A DNA stretch of 62,215 nt, the filler included, from Catajapyx aquilonaris (Eukaryota), in assembly GCA_000934665.2 (NCBI GenBank). It is 2 parts of 2 records of this genome, joined end to end, with 100 filler letters (N's around TTAATTAATTAA, not from the genome) between each part and the next. Parts side by side here need not be neighbours in the genome. Positions count along the whole stretch, not along the records: positions 1 to 31,061 come from JYFJ02004589.1; 1 more part is not named here. One strand, written 5' to 3'. The notes beneath the pieces are model-generated. The model was not told where the DNA came from. It was given only the letters and a program-made list of their open reading frames with translations, and searched no databases. Position 1 is the first letter of the stretch, and every line of letters begins with the position of its first letter. Position numbers and translations under genes: made by a program. This document shows positions 1 through 13,463 of this stretch, one piece after another.

Positions 1-199
1 CCCCCACTTTAACCAGAATAAGAAAAAGGCCTGTCTTGGGAAATTGAGCTTTAGAGGACCGTTTAAAAATACACGGGGTTTCAAATAGGCGGGAGCAAAA
101 AGAGGACTTTAAGGCACTAGTTCCTTTAAGAAAAACCACACAAGTATTGTATAAAAATTATATAAAAATATTAATATGATAAAAATATTAAGGTTATAT

Positions 200-543
200 T
201 GTTTTTTTTACGTTACCCCGTGATAAGGCTTACTTAGCCTTTTCAGGGGGGTGGAATACCACCATTACTCTCCAATTTTCCTTTAACTTCATCACCGGTG
301 CAAGGAGTCAAGGATGTAGGGTAGGGATAGGGATTTTTGGGGAGGGAACATTGGTGCAAGTGCAAGGTCGGTAAAGGGGTCATGTGCTGTTCCCCAGGAG
401 GTTAGGTTGCCAGACACCTCCTTGGTGCAGGTCAGAGACCCTCCTGACGCAGGTGAAAGGAAAGTTCCCCAGGCGGGGATCGAACCTGGGGCCTTTCACT
501 CAGCAAGACGAGACGTTACCATCTCGGCCATCTACACCTCCCC
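200..543 (-). mobile_element. tRNA-derived SINE, apparently full length, with 15-bp TSD
   Basis: Minus-strand head has A box (TGGCCGAGATGG) and B box (GGTTCGATCCC); A-tail appears as a T-run at ~200-209; exact direct repeat ATATTAAGGTTATAT at 185-199 and 544-558. Confidence 0.85.
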
Positions 544-1954
544 ATATTAAGGTTATATAAAAATATTAATGTTATTTAAAAAAAATATTGCACTAGCCAA
601 TAATGAATAGCATGTATATCCTACAACCTGCAGTGGTGCAACCTGGTCTAAATTAGGTCTTTAAAATATGTGCACGGGGTTAACCAAGTCGTATGCTAGG
701 GGGGGGGAGGGGGGAAAAAACATTTGCTTTCTAGCTTGAAAGTTGGCAGAATCCCTCCCGCTGTAGTACTTTCTGCGGCTTGCCATCCTTTCGGGATTAG
801 GCCGCAAAGAAGATTTGTTGGGCCCTGGTCCAGCCTCAGGCTTATATGCTCGAGAGCTCCCGTTTTTTCAAACATATGAAACTGTCATATTACGTGGACA
901 TGCCAGTGCAATGTTTTAAATGTGGAGAAAAGTATTTTCTCTTCAAAATGAATTTGTTTCGCTGGATATATAATAATACACATTAAAAAAAATCCATACT
1001 GTGTTGGGGCCATGTTGCAGCTAATACTCAACAAAAAGGCAACCATAACCTTGAACTAGCAACACCCAAAACAGGCTGAGCTCCTCTCCCAGCACTCCCC
1101 GCATGCTCCCTCCTCCAGTAACAACCACCGACAGCGACATGATCAATACACTTTTCAACCTTTGTCACCCGCGCTTATGCCTCCCATTTCATCCTCATCC
1201 TACAGAACTGGTGGAAAATAGAAACCTATCTATCGTCGTGTTTCCTCGCACTAAATGCCATTTAAGCCACATCTCCACTACTGACTCACCCGGTACAAAC
1301 AGTGTTGCGCCCCACCAGGACCAGTTCCCTATTGGCTGTTGACCATCACCGCGCACCGTTCTTCCCACCCTGCGCCCACTGTATACCAGAAACGCTTATT
1401 TCGTCGCCTATAGGTACCGCCAGGGAAGGTAGACCCTTCGTGAAAGCGTGCTGAGTACAGTTAGGCAGGTTTGGGTGATGAGGCCGGCTGAAGAAGTGGT
1501 TCCATCAGGCAAAATGGCGGTGTGGCAAGCAAGAAACGGGTGCCATGGGACATGGCCCACACATTTCCCTAGCTGTGTACTGGAAGTGATTTGACGGTAG
1601 GGGGCCTCTGGGTCGGCAGAGGCGAGAACGGGGGTGCGGCGGTCCAATTTATTAACCCCCCCCCCTGCATCTCTTCTCGTCTAGACATTCTGTGGAAGCC
1701 AGGGAGATCCGAACCCGGTATCGCTCCTGCTCTGTATTTCCTCTGCATTTCACTGCCGAGAATCCAATTACTATCCCAGGCAGCCAGTCCCCCATTTTGC
1801 TTCCACTTCTGCTGCTTCCAGCTGCCAAAATACTTCTACCCTTATACACTTATATAGGAGCTAAACGACATCGCACCCTGCTTCTATCATCATTAACTCT
1901 TTCAATACTGCCCTGGAACGGCTTTGCTACTACACTACATTAGCCTTTTCCGGC

Positions 1955-1982
1955 GGAAGGAAGGAAGGAAGGAAGGAAGGAA
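1955..1982. repeat. (GGAA)7 microsatellite
   Basis: Direct reading. Confidence 0.9.
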
Positions 1983-4900
1983 GAGGATGGTATAAGAAGG
2001 GGGTAACATTCTTCACATGACTCTCCGCCCTTCTGCAGCCCATTTCCAGCCGGATTTCAACGAAGCAGTCCAAATACCTTGCACGCATGGTCTTTTTTTC
2101 TTCTTCTTCAAATTGCCAAGGAGCAAGTTATTAGGGAAGAAAATATTTTTTCTGGTTTCAAGATTTGTCGCCTGCAAGTGGCTTAAAATATGTAAATATG
2201 CCTGCAAGTATATATCTGCGGAGTGCAAGAAGCAACGCCATAAGTTTTAATGAACGTCACATATCAGGTCCAATGGTGGATCCGGTTACAAGACATTACT
2301 TGAACTTCGGATGTCAGTTTATAGGCCCATTTAAGCCCGTCACTGCCTGTTTCGTTCTGAATATATTACGAAATGCTTGCGCACTGCGTATATATATCCA
2401 GCCAGGGGTTTTAGTACTTTTGTTCTCAACAGAAGATGCCTCCTGGGACAAAACGAAACTTCACATCAATTTGAGCTTTCCGCTTCCATGTCGATGCATA
2501 CCTAAAATCATATTCCACGCTAGTCAGTCGGCACAATACTGAAAAATTACAAACCAGGTCATTGACTTATTTCCCGCCTCCCAGAATTTACACACACACA
2601 CACACACAAAAAAAATGGATTTGAAATTCCGAGGCTGGATTCCAGGCTGGAACAAAACCCAACCCCCCGAGGACTTTAGAAACGCAACCTTATTAATTTA
2701 TGCCACCGATCCACTCATCCTATATAGCTTCTCCGGCTCAAAATGGTTAATTATTCCAATCAAGTCTCCTATGATTCTAACTTTCCGGCCACTTGAATCT
2801 CCGTCTCGTTCCTAATGACGACATCTGATCCATAAATCCGGCGGCGCCTGTCTCCTCCTTGCAACAATACTGATGCCTTTCCATGGATCCCTGCGGAGTC
2901 ATTATATCTGGAGAACAAAGCAATCAAAGCCGCCATTCTTTTTCGCCAATGAATTGTATATAACGCTCTAGAACCGGAATTAAGTCCCGCTCTAGAGTCC
3001 ATAACGCGAACTGCAGGTTTTGGCCTCCAAAACGTTAGAAGTACTACAAAAGCACCGGTACTTGTAGAGCCAAGCGGTCCTAGGGGCCAACAATCTCTGT
3101 GAGTTATGTCTCCTGAATAGCCTAACCTGAGCTGAATATTTAATCCGGGATAGCCCCATTCAAAACCTTAAAAAAAAACTATTGTCTAAAAATTTTTAAA
3201 GTAAGATTTGAAACCCAGTGCCTGGGAGGTGGAAAGGACATGAATGCGGGATGAAGTTCACTGTAGAGATTAGCGATACAGGGTGTAGAGTACATTAAAG
3301 GTATGGCAACGTGGTTTAAACTGGGACGTGGCTGGCTTAGTTGATCGACTACTTACGCCCTTGCCTCCAAGGTAGCCAACGGGCAGCTGAACCGAGAGTC
3401 TCACGCCATATTGCTTCATTTTAGACACCGCACTTCTCCACCACATTGGTCTTGCTTCGGGATTGTTGTATTCACCAATTCTCATGACAAATATAAAATT
3501 TACTTATGAACTCCAAAAACTACTGGATAAATATGAAATTACATGCCCCACACACACATTCTGCATGTCAAAACACAACACAAAATCTTGTGTTGAATAC
3601 CCCGAAATCCACGTGTTATTGAGCGAATGGAATGTACTTGTATAAAATGACTGCCCTTTTGCATGCAAACTCGCTGAATTAGACAAATTACGTTCAATAC
3701 TTTAGGCAACGATTCAACATAACTTTCTGGTCACACTCGAGGCTATAGTAGTACATCGCAGTTTATGCAAAAATTACGGTAATTGTTTTACAACAATGAT
3801 AATTGCGTCGACTTCCAGCTTCTGCGGTGATTAGATTATAAAGCCACTTTCAACCCCCTCCCCCCTCCAAAAAAACAAATTCACGTGCCCATTTTCTAAC
3901 TCATTTAAGTAATCCAAACACGAGATAAACGCATTATTACTAATTACCGGCAATGATTGAGCATTTTATTGCCCATGAGTAGCTGCCTAATTCGACTTCA
4001 AAAGTGTGGTCCAGTTGCATTAATCGTATCTAGCAATAAAATGACTGTTGGCAACAGGAAAAAAATTTCGGACGTGAAAAATGGCGACTGCACTGAAATT
4101 TCGGCCATTTTATTACATTCACAACCATCCCCTAACGACCACACAATTGCAGTAATTACGAACGCCCTATCTGCCTTCTCGTAAATAACCAGCAATATCT
4201 CAACTGGACATTATGCAACAAAATCCTCATTAAATTGTTTGTGTGTGTTTTTTTTGCATTAACTAGACACGGCACATCCGGTCCCTTCCAAGGCAAAACC
4301 ATACATAGTAAAACCATTCCCGTGGAAACAATTTTTCCTTCCTTCAAAAGTTTCCATAACCCAAAAGGCACAGAGCACAGCCATCCGTACACAATGTCCT
4401 AAATGTCCCGCCAAGCAGGAACAGATATTCCAAACAACCTTCAATTATTATATGAACCGCCATTTCCTTCTCCAGATATTATGGTCAACATCCGGGTACA
4501 AAATTTCATATAATCCCCCCTCCCCCCCCCCCAAAAAAAAATTCAGCCTGACGTCACGTTTCATATGCAATTTCCACTCAGTACGAATGACTACGTCTTT
4601 TCTTTTGGAAGGAGGTGGAGGTTGGGTCTTCCTATTAACATGCCAGGTGTTATAAAGGCAAGCAACCTTGTCTGGTTGTGGTGCAGGAGGATCCGGGTGG
4701 ACGAACCACCTTTTACCTGCCCAACACGCTGCAATGTGCAACCCACACCTGAGCTGCCAACCGATAAATTCCGTACTGCCCAACTGTTTTCTACCTCCTT
4801 CACATTATTTACCAGCAACTTACCTACATTTCCGGAATAATAATTTTTTTTAAAAAAATAATGTGCACTGTATTGAGTATGGAGGTGGCAAGACCGGCGA

Positions 4901-6474
4901 CCGTCCGCCGGATGTACCGTGTACGGCGACCAAGCACCGTGAAGACATAAATGCACCAGGACTTGAAAGGCGGTAGGGCAGTCGACCGAAGACCGGACCT
5001 CGATCAGTGGCTGTCCGCTCCAGCAAACATCATGTCATCGGTATCATAATAGGCAATCGGTATGTCGTTCGCATGTTCCGGCACCGAATTTCTGTTCAAA
5101 ATACCCCCAGCATTTTTTTTTTTTCTTCTTCTCGAAACCTCTTTGCCACTACTCCCCAAACGTACCAACCGCAATTGGAAAGCAATAGACGCACTATAAA
5201 AGTACACACCCCATCAAAAAAAAAATATCTTGCTCTTGGCTGTGCAATCCCGCGAATACAGCTTGTTTTCGACAACAAATGGTCTGAATACGCACATTTT
5301 TCAGCTCCCTGAACACCACCTAAGTGCACCTTATAGAACTCGTGACCAGATTCCATAATCTGCCAAGCGCAAAAAGAGAACGATCGGAAGAAAATCGCTC
5401 AGATTTCTTTTTTTTTCCCCCTCCATTCTCGAGCTACAATAGGCAGTCACGCCAGCGCCTCGTCTATACCAAGATTTATGGGGCAATGTAATATTCATAC
5501 AAAAATCCGAGCGTATAATATCTGGACCATAATCCTGCAAAGCACGCCTGCTCTTATAGGCCTATATTTCGGCCTAGATTCTCTTCTAGTGCAGACCAAA
5601 AAAATGTACGAATGTACCAAAACACCTGATGTGATTTGCGTCAAAAGTGCTGCGATAAGGCTGGGATTACAACTCCCCGATACATTACCTGGTATTAATG
5701 TTTCAAGAGCACATTTGCCCCCCCTCTCAATTGGGGACTGCATTACCTAGGCCCAATTGTACAGGGTGAGTCAACTTTGAAATGAGATTGTTGCTAAGAA
5801 TTCATATATATATTTCTCGATGTAACGTTGGCACACCAGAGGCTGACTCATGGCCACATGCAAGGTGGAGGGACTCGTACGGTAAAAGCTAAGCAAAAGA
5901 AAGGTCCACCCACTCAGCAAGCAAGGTCATTCACATACCTCTAGCAATTTTTGTAGCCGAGGAATGCTACAAACTCGCCCGCTAAACTAACACTAAAAAT
6001 CGCCGGAAAAAACACACTCTATATTCCAAAAACAATTAATTCTAACAATTGTAATAATAATAATAAAAAACGTTACAAGTCCAGCGTGAAGTCGACGTAA
6101 CGCTCGACTGAATTGCGTGAATCATTCCGTGGAAAAACCATCGGAGCAAACAATTCATCCTCTCTAAGTAAGAGCTAATTTGCAAGCCGATCATTATTTT
6201 CGTTACAATTTCCCATCTGGCCATGCGTGAATGATGCAACCCCCTCCCCCCCTCCCCCCCTCTAAGATATCTAATCGCGCAATTATGCATATCTAAGCCT
6301 GCCATTTTCGGAAAATTGAGCTGGTGGTTGTGAGTGGATAGACGATAATCATTGCATCGGAATCTGTTGGCCGGGAGATGAAGGTTCATCCACCTCTAGC
6401 AAGTTGCAGAAGAGTGACACTAAGCGTGACCTAAACGCTCGTTTGGTCAAGTTTCCTCCTATTTCCAGGGTTTT

Positions 6475-6475
<1 letters not shown>

Positions 6476-6537
<62 letters not shown>
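6476..6537. repeat. (CA)31 microsatellite
   Basis: Direct reading. Confidence 0.95.
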
Positions 6538-6539
<2 letters not shown>

Positions 6540-7273
6540 TGCGAAATTTGATACGGTTATTAGACACCATTAAATTAATATCATTTCATCCGCCAAAAAT
6601 GGGCAGAAAGCAATAAACTGGGTTGAAAAATCGCAATAGTGTGCTGTAACTCACACCCGTACGCCCTGGAGAAGACACCTATACGAAACCCCTCTGGACA
6701 CGAAATTGTCACCCAAGCGACATCACATCTTCAAAGGAGAAAAGGCCGGCTTTGAACCCTATACCTTTTCTATTCTAGTGAAGAAAAGTCACGTCCATTG
6801 GTGTAGATTTGGCCATATCCAGGTTGCCAGGTCTGGCAACACCAAAAGAAACCTGTCCAGACAATTTTCTCACAGATGGGCGTGTGGGAGGTATGACTCA
6901 CACCGAAATAGAGTTGAAGGCTACAATAGCAAGTAGCACAATCGCCTTTGGGGAGCTCAGTTCAGTCTTTTTTTTATATATACTTATTTAATGGCCTTCA
7001 TTTCCTAGCTGGTGGTACCGTTACACGTTTGGTTCCGCCGGGTTAGTCTAGGTCAGGATACTTCTTCGATTGATATTGTAAATTTAAATTTAAAATAAGC
7101 ACATTCGTGCGAAACTGCTCGGGACAGATGGCGCCAGTTTGACCGCGCCATCTACCGGTATATCGCCAGCGACGCACACGGTGCGATATCTGTCAGTGCG
7201 AATGACCCGACGGGTGCGGTGGGAGACTTGCTGAGTTATTTAGCGCGTAATGATCGGAGGTAAGCACACTCAC

Positions 7274-7406
7274 CTGTTGTGGGCGGTAAACTGAAGGCGA
7301 AGGAACGGGGCGGAGGCTCGTTTGACTCGGTGGTGCTCCCTTCGCAAAACCGCCCGGTCGTAGTACAGGGGCTCAAAATGCCGGATGAATTCGTTGAGTG
7401 CAAGTC
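7274..7406 (-). CDS. ADAM10: ADAM10/Kuzbanian-family metalloprotease, coding exon 2 (N-terminal prodomain)
   Basis: Acceptor ttttttatttgcag| and donor AG|GTGAGT; 133 nt, phase 1 to phase 2; encodes (G)LALNEFIRHFEPLYYDRAVLRREHHRVKRASAPFLRLQFTAHN(R), aligning by eye with human ADAM10 LNKYIRHYEGLSY...[24 protein letters not shown], including the RxKR convertase site. This frame is absent from the ORF track. kuz versus kuz-like paralogue not resolved. Confidence 0.93.
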
Positions 7407-9592
7407 CTGCAAATAAAAAAGGGGGGTCATTAACACCTGATGACCATTTATATATTTTTTTAAAAAATATCCCATCTGTTAATTATTGCATGCCTTATGA
7501 ATAAATCAATTCTTGCAGCTTTTGTCTTCACCCACCCGGTACCCTGTCAGACAGCTTGCTGACTCAACGAAGCAATTACCTGCTGGCGAGAAAACGTCAC
7601 GTCGGCGTCATCGCCCCGTGAACGTTGGTGGTGGCGAAACGTTGCACGTGCCGCCATGCAAAACTGCATTTTTGTCACCTGAGCTTCATTATTGGGCCAG
7701 TTTCCACCGGCCTTGTGCTCATAACAATATTGCTGGCCATTGTCGAGCAACCTACCTGACCAGCTTTCACTTGGCAAGACATTGATGACGTCATAATAAT
7801 ATAGGTGGGCAAAATATCGAAGGACATGTGGACCCAAGGGCACCTTGATTGTAGCAAGGTCCTGCGTGGGTGCGGCCAAATGAATGAATGTATTGGTGAC
7901 GTGTCCGGAAATCAGAAGAACATACCGGTATCTCACTCTCCCCCAAAATGTGGGGTATAATGGACCAGCCGAAATTAGTCACGCATATGTGGACTGGAGA
8001 TCGGTACATGTTAAAAGACTGTTCTTTCCGTCGCAAAAATTCGGACTATGCGGTATAATTAGCCCGCCCGATGCTATCGCAATGCCTTCCAATTTATATT
8101 ACTTGAAATCAAGCTGCGTGACCCGACCTGACTTACTAATCGATCAAAAATAATCTAGCTCTTCCGACATGCTACAGGCCTCAAAAACTTTCTTTCCACA
8201 ACAGCTGTCCGTATAAAAAATGTCTTTATTTCCAAACTGACAACATTCCGCAATCTACGAAAGCATAGTAATTATCATGCCCCCCCNNNNNNNCCCCCCC
8301 TCCCGAATCAAAATAGCGTTCTTATGGTAACCTGAGCTCAACCTGGCTCCGACTCCTCACCGTCTACACATTTTATGATATTCCAGCTTTGGGAATTTCC
8401 TCTCTTTGCATGCAATAATAATTTCGTAATCCGTTAGGGGACTGTCCCTACAAAGGAAAAGGTTCATATGCAATTAAATATACAGATAACATAGATGCAT
8501 GGGCCTGTAACCGACGTGATCATTATGAGCCGTTAGCTACGAGGGCCATGTAGCCTGAAGGAATGGATGCCAGGGATACGATCTACTCGGGATTACCTGA
8601 TGTTGTGCCCTGAGAACCAGGAACAAACACCTCAAGGTGTGACGAACAACAACAAAAAATTTGATTAACCTTTACAAAAAAAAAAATTGAACGTAGCTAA
8701 AATAGCATAGCTAAAATATATTCAAAGCTGGCCATCGTGGACTAACTTCGTGGGTTGACAACCGGAAGAAAACTTTGGAAAATGTGGATGGAAGTTGTGC
8801 CAACTGAGATTAGTCCTGATTAATGTCAGAGACTAGGAAAATATGAATACTGTATATAATCTAAAGCGTGATCCAGAATACGTGTAATTAAAATGGACAT
8901 GGGAAAGACAAAGGAGGGGGTGGGGGTGGGGGGAAGCTTCTTGGGAGACTTATAAGAAACTCTCTTCGTTAGGAAGGAAGCCAAGTTGAAGTCTATAGAG
9001 CCGAAGCGGGAAGTCGCCTTATGAAATAATAGCATAGATCCTTCGTAATCTGATCAGAATCAGTTGAACACGGGCGTGACTGCAATTGTGTGTGTATATA
9101 ACCCAACTCTCCCGATCGGAATGCAGTGACGTATTTCTGTTATCGATGAGATTTTTTTTCCATATTAGAAATAATTGTGAAAGCTGCCAATGACATCACA
9201 TGTTCATTAAAAATGCAGATCAATATTGAAAATTGAAAAAGCAATCAGAGCATCAAATTGATCTCACACGTTAGCATGAAAAACTATGTGATGCATAATG
9301 GAACAATGACCGTAGGCTGATAGGCTCTATGCATCTATTGTACTGGCCTCTGGTAGTCCTGCAAGCGTAAACAAGGGCTGCCCCAAAGACTGACCATTAA
9401 CCCCCAAATGGAATCATGGTATTAATATTGAATTCCTGTGCAAAGGGCTGAAAATGCGTACACTACCAGTGTCGTTGTATACTCCATCAAGCGGGTTTCA
9501 CTATTTACGAATAACTAGAACACAAAGCTATGTGGTGTGGGACTATGTTGATATATATTTTTTGTTCTATATGATTTTACCCATACTGATAG

Positions 9593-9711
9593 CAAGGGGT
9601 AAATCACTCGTCAAGTCCGTTGTACGGTAGGCGCCAAGTCCGCCAAGTTCGACCAAGTCCTACCCTTTGCAAGTCCGTTGTACGCTCAACTACAGAGTGA
9701 TTTACCCCTTG
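9593..9711. mobile_element. 119-bp MITE (P-element- or hAT-type) with 17-bp TIRs and 8-bp TSD
   Basis: Perfect TIRs CAAGGGGTAAATCACTC / GAGTGATTTACCCCTTG; flanks ACTGATAG (9585-9592) and ACTGATGG (9712-9719); internal CAAGTCC repeats. Confidence 0.8.
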
Positions 9712-11502
9712 ACTGATGGCGCACCAAGATTATTGAAATTGAGTATTAAATCCATTGCAACCATTTGGACAGAAAATGTCTTGTTGACGCTTATACAGCA
9801 GGGTTACCACAATGCACATGCCTTGATTTTACTATGCCTGCCATTTAAAATTTTTGAGGAGAACCAATCTGTTATATGTAACTTGGCTGTTTCAACCCCA
9901 CTCATAATACAAATATTTGCATTTTTGTAACTGAGCCTTATAATGTACATATTTGCATAAGCCTCTCCCCTGTATACATGTAAAAATCGAGCCAATGCAC
10001 GCGCAGTATATCCTGGTACACCGGAGTGCTTTCAAATCATAAATATCGTGAAACAAAGAATGCCATATAAAATGCTGTTTTCTCAAACCACCTACGTGCA
10101 AGGCTTTTAATTTAACTAATTACAGTTCTCCACATGGTATAGCGCGGAAATCCCTCTATTTCGTCAGAACACGAGAAACGGACTAGGCCAAAGTACAAAA
10201 ATACCGTTGTAACATAATGTAAGTCATAGGTATAGGCTCAATCATGTTGCCACATGCATATTCAGAGCTAAATATAGGTATGTGACCGTATTTTCCACCA
10301 ATGACAGACCCAGAGTCTTTTCAAAAACCTTTAGTTTAACCGTATCACTTAGGCACACTCTACCAAATTTCTATAATAATTAGTAATGTAGATGCATTCT
10401 CATTATTTTTGCATCATGTCGCATATTCTGTGGTGGCAAGTACCGAGGTTACAACCCTTCATGAATATTGCATCCTAATTTGCTTATATCAAGAACAATG
10501 CACGCCCAATGTGCGCTTCTACTTGTGTGCACCAAGAAATTAATGTCTACACAATGTACACATTTATTATGTTGAGAACAAAGAAATAAAGGTCTGATAT
10601 ATCAACAGCACCTTTACTGTACTCCGCAAGTGAATTTATTTTGTGTACCAATGTTGCGGTCTCATCACATTCCTCTTCTCAATCCACCTGGACCATGCAA
10701 TCAACATGTCCGTCCCTATGCCCCAAATCTCATCTTCTTTCACTTAATCCGCACCTACAGTGAATACCCGACTGACAACATAGCTGTTAGAGTGGAAGCG
10801 AGTGGAAGGTAAATAAACCAGCAATTCATTTGGTACGCTCACTTATTACCCAGCCAGTTTTGATTAAATGTTACCCGAAGCATGATGGTGTAAAACATAT
10901 TTATAACGTAATTATTTTGGCACATGGGTCGGCCAATATAGGGTTTTAATATATAAACGCTGCCAACTACTGCACCCTGTTTTTCAATCCCTGTCACATT
11001 TCCATTCTGCCAATGGCAGTGCTTAAATAAGCCCTATTCAACTTTTATTCCATCCCCCCCTTTTTGGCATTCTTGTTACGCCTGGAGGAACTTTGCGAAA
11101 CTTCTTTCTACAACCTTCAGACTAGTGCTGAGAGTGACGGGAATTGATTATCCTGGATGCTTCAAAGTCATCCAGCACTCTGTGCAAACATGGCCACCAT
11201 TAGTGGTTGAAGAGGTGCCATTCCCCCCACCCACCCCGTGACAGACACACCCTCGCTCCAGCCCCCCTCCCCCTCTAACTTCACTTCCACATTTAACTTA
11301 AGTGCTAAACTATCCTTTGACATTTGACCCTTAGCCGGCCAGTGGAGGCTATCCCAATATTGGCCCGAATTTGCCTGCAATTAATACCGGGCTCTGAAGA
11401 AAATCCAGCCCTGGGCATACATGAGAAATCCACCTTGGTCCAATTTAAACACTTTTGAGCTATTTACAAAGTTCCACTTTTCTGCTCCATCGCCTGGTCA
11501 AA

Positions 11503-11601
11503 TCTATTTAGTTCCTAAAGATTCATAATGAGCCAACAAGACCCAGGATTTTATATCATCGCTTAGCATGTACACAAAATCCGGCCTTGCTGGCTCATTA
11601 T
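11503..11601. repeat. Short imperfect inverted repeat from a dispersed family (second partial copy ~23733-23780)
   Basis: ATAATGAGCCAACAAG..GGATTTT pairs with AAAATCCGGCCTTGCTGGCTCATTAT; the left arm plus flank resembles TCCATTTAGTACTAACGATTCATAATGAGCTAGCAAGCCCGGATTTT near 23733. Confidence 0.6.
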
Positions 11602-13337
11602 AAGCAAGTGTGATTATCTCTCGAAACTGGTTTTTAGGACTTAATGGATTTCTCCTGCATGCCCACGATGATATCTGACCAAGAGACCGGCTTAAATTCC
11701 TCCATGGAGTTAATTATTCGGACTCCTTGCTGTGCACCACACGGGAGACAAACTCCTGGTATATTTTCGTCAAACTCCGTAGTGAGTAATTATTCGCCCT
11801 TCCAACAAACACCGGATGACTGCTTTTGACAGCTGGAATAGCTTACTTGGAATCCCCCAACTTCAACTGCTAATGATCGGTGGGAGTTTGTCACCTCAAC
11901 CGGAGAATGGGATGCTGGAAGCTGCTTTCATCGTCAAAACAACCCTGCCACAAATGCACTCCTGTGACGCGCTCCGATGACGATACCTCCTATTCCTTAG
12001 GCCCAACTTGGATCTAAGACCTGGGGCAAAACCAATTTCACGACTTTTGCCCAACTGACTTCAGTAGTGAACTGCCAAAGTCCCTCCATATCATTGTTCA
12101 TCCCAGCAATCACTCTCAAGAGAATCACACCTTAACTTGTAGTGGTTGCTGATTCTCTTTATGAGTTGCTGTAGTGAACAATCATAAACTTTACGAACTG
12201 GATACTTTTCGAGATGTGAAACAGTTTCATCCGTTTGTGTAACAATAAATGGGTAATGCCGGCAGTACTGCAGGATCAAGTGGCAGTGTTGTTCCAGTTA
12301 TGGTGGCGATTTCAAAATCCTGAGCATTCTCCGTGTACTAACGCATGTAACAGCATGCAGCACTGGAGTTTACAACCGCTCCATAGTACTACTGTACTTA
12401 TACTCTAATACAGCACTGTACAGTACGACATAATGCACTAAGCAAAAGTGCATTAAATACCTGAGAAAATTACATTGTTACGCACTATACAGAGAGATCC
12501 AACTTCACAAGGGTGCTTATTACTCTAATGCAGTTACTTTCAAACTGATGTTTTAATGCGCCAATATGATTGGAAAGCCTGTTGGCCAGTGAAGGAGAAA
12601 TGTGGCTTAGAAGATTCTAAAACTATGTGTAGGCCTATAACCGATCTGACCCGCCATGGTTGAACAACTCTGAAAATGGGTAGAATATACCCTGGCCCTT
12701 CATATTTCCGCACACTCTTCGTGCCTGAACGGAACCGCATAAAATCCCCACAGAATCGCCGTTGTGTACCGCGAGACGGTGATCTCATAGCCGTAACACC
12801 AGCTTACACCATCAGTGGTGTCAACGTCATACCCTGGTGGTTGTCACTCAACACTACTATCTTGAAGCATCCTCATAAAATTTTTCGCTCAGATACCGTT
12901 ATACTGTAAACTTGAAAACGTTTCAACACTGTCCTTGTACAAGTAATACTCTCCAGTAAAAATGATGCGACACCCACTGCAACGTGGAGAGAAAAAGAAG
13001 AGGACCATACAAGAGCAGGATTGTTTTCAGAAAGAGAAAGTGAGGAAACGATGTAGAGCAAGGAGTAATCATGGCTACACCTGATTTCGCAGTTGGAGTT
13101 GGCTAGACCGTGCAGCAGAGAGGAAATGAGACGTTTCCGAAACAATTGCTAATCCAACCGCGGACAACGGCTTCCCCCCAAAAGCTTCGCCTTCTACATT
13201 AGCTTCATATTATGCCAGCCACTATACAATACAGCTTTCCTGCCCTCGGCAGTCACTCATATTTATAACATCTACTGTTCCATCATGAAAGGATTTCAAT
13301 GTGAAAGCATATCTAAAATTTTAATTTTTACCACAGT

Positions 13338-13463
<126 letters not shown>

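Noticed and set aside
6075..6178. Minus-strand LLLREDELFAP... as possible ADAM10 exon 3
   Set aside because: Wrong phase, poor acceptor, in-frame stop and only superficial similarity.
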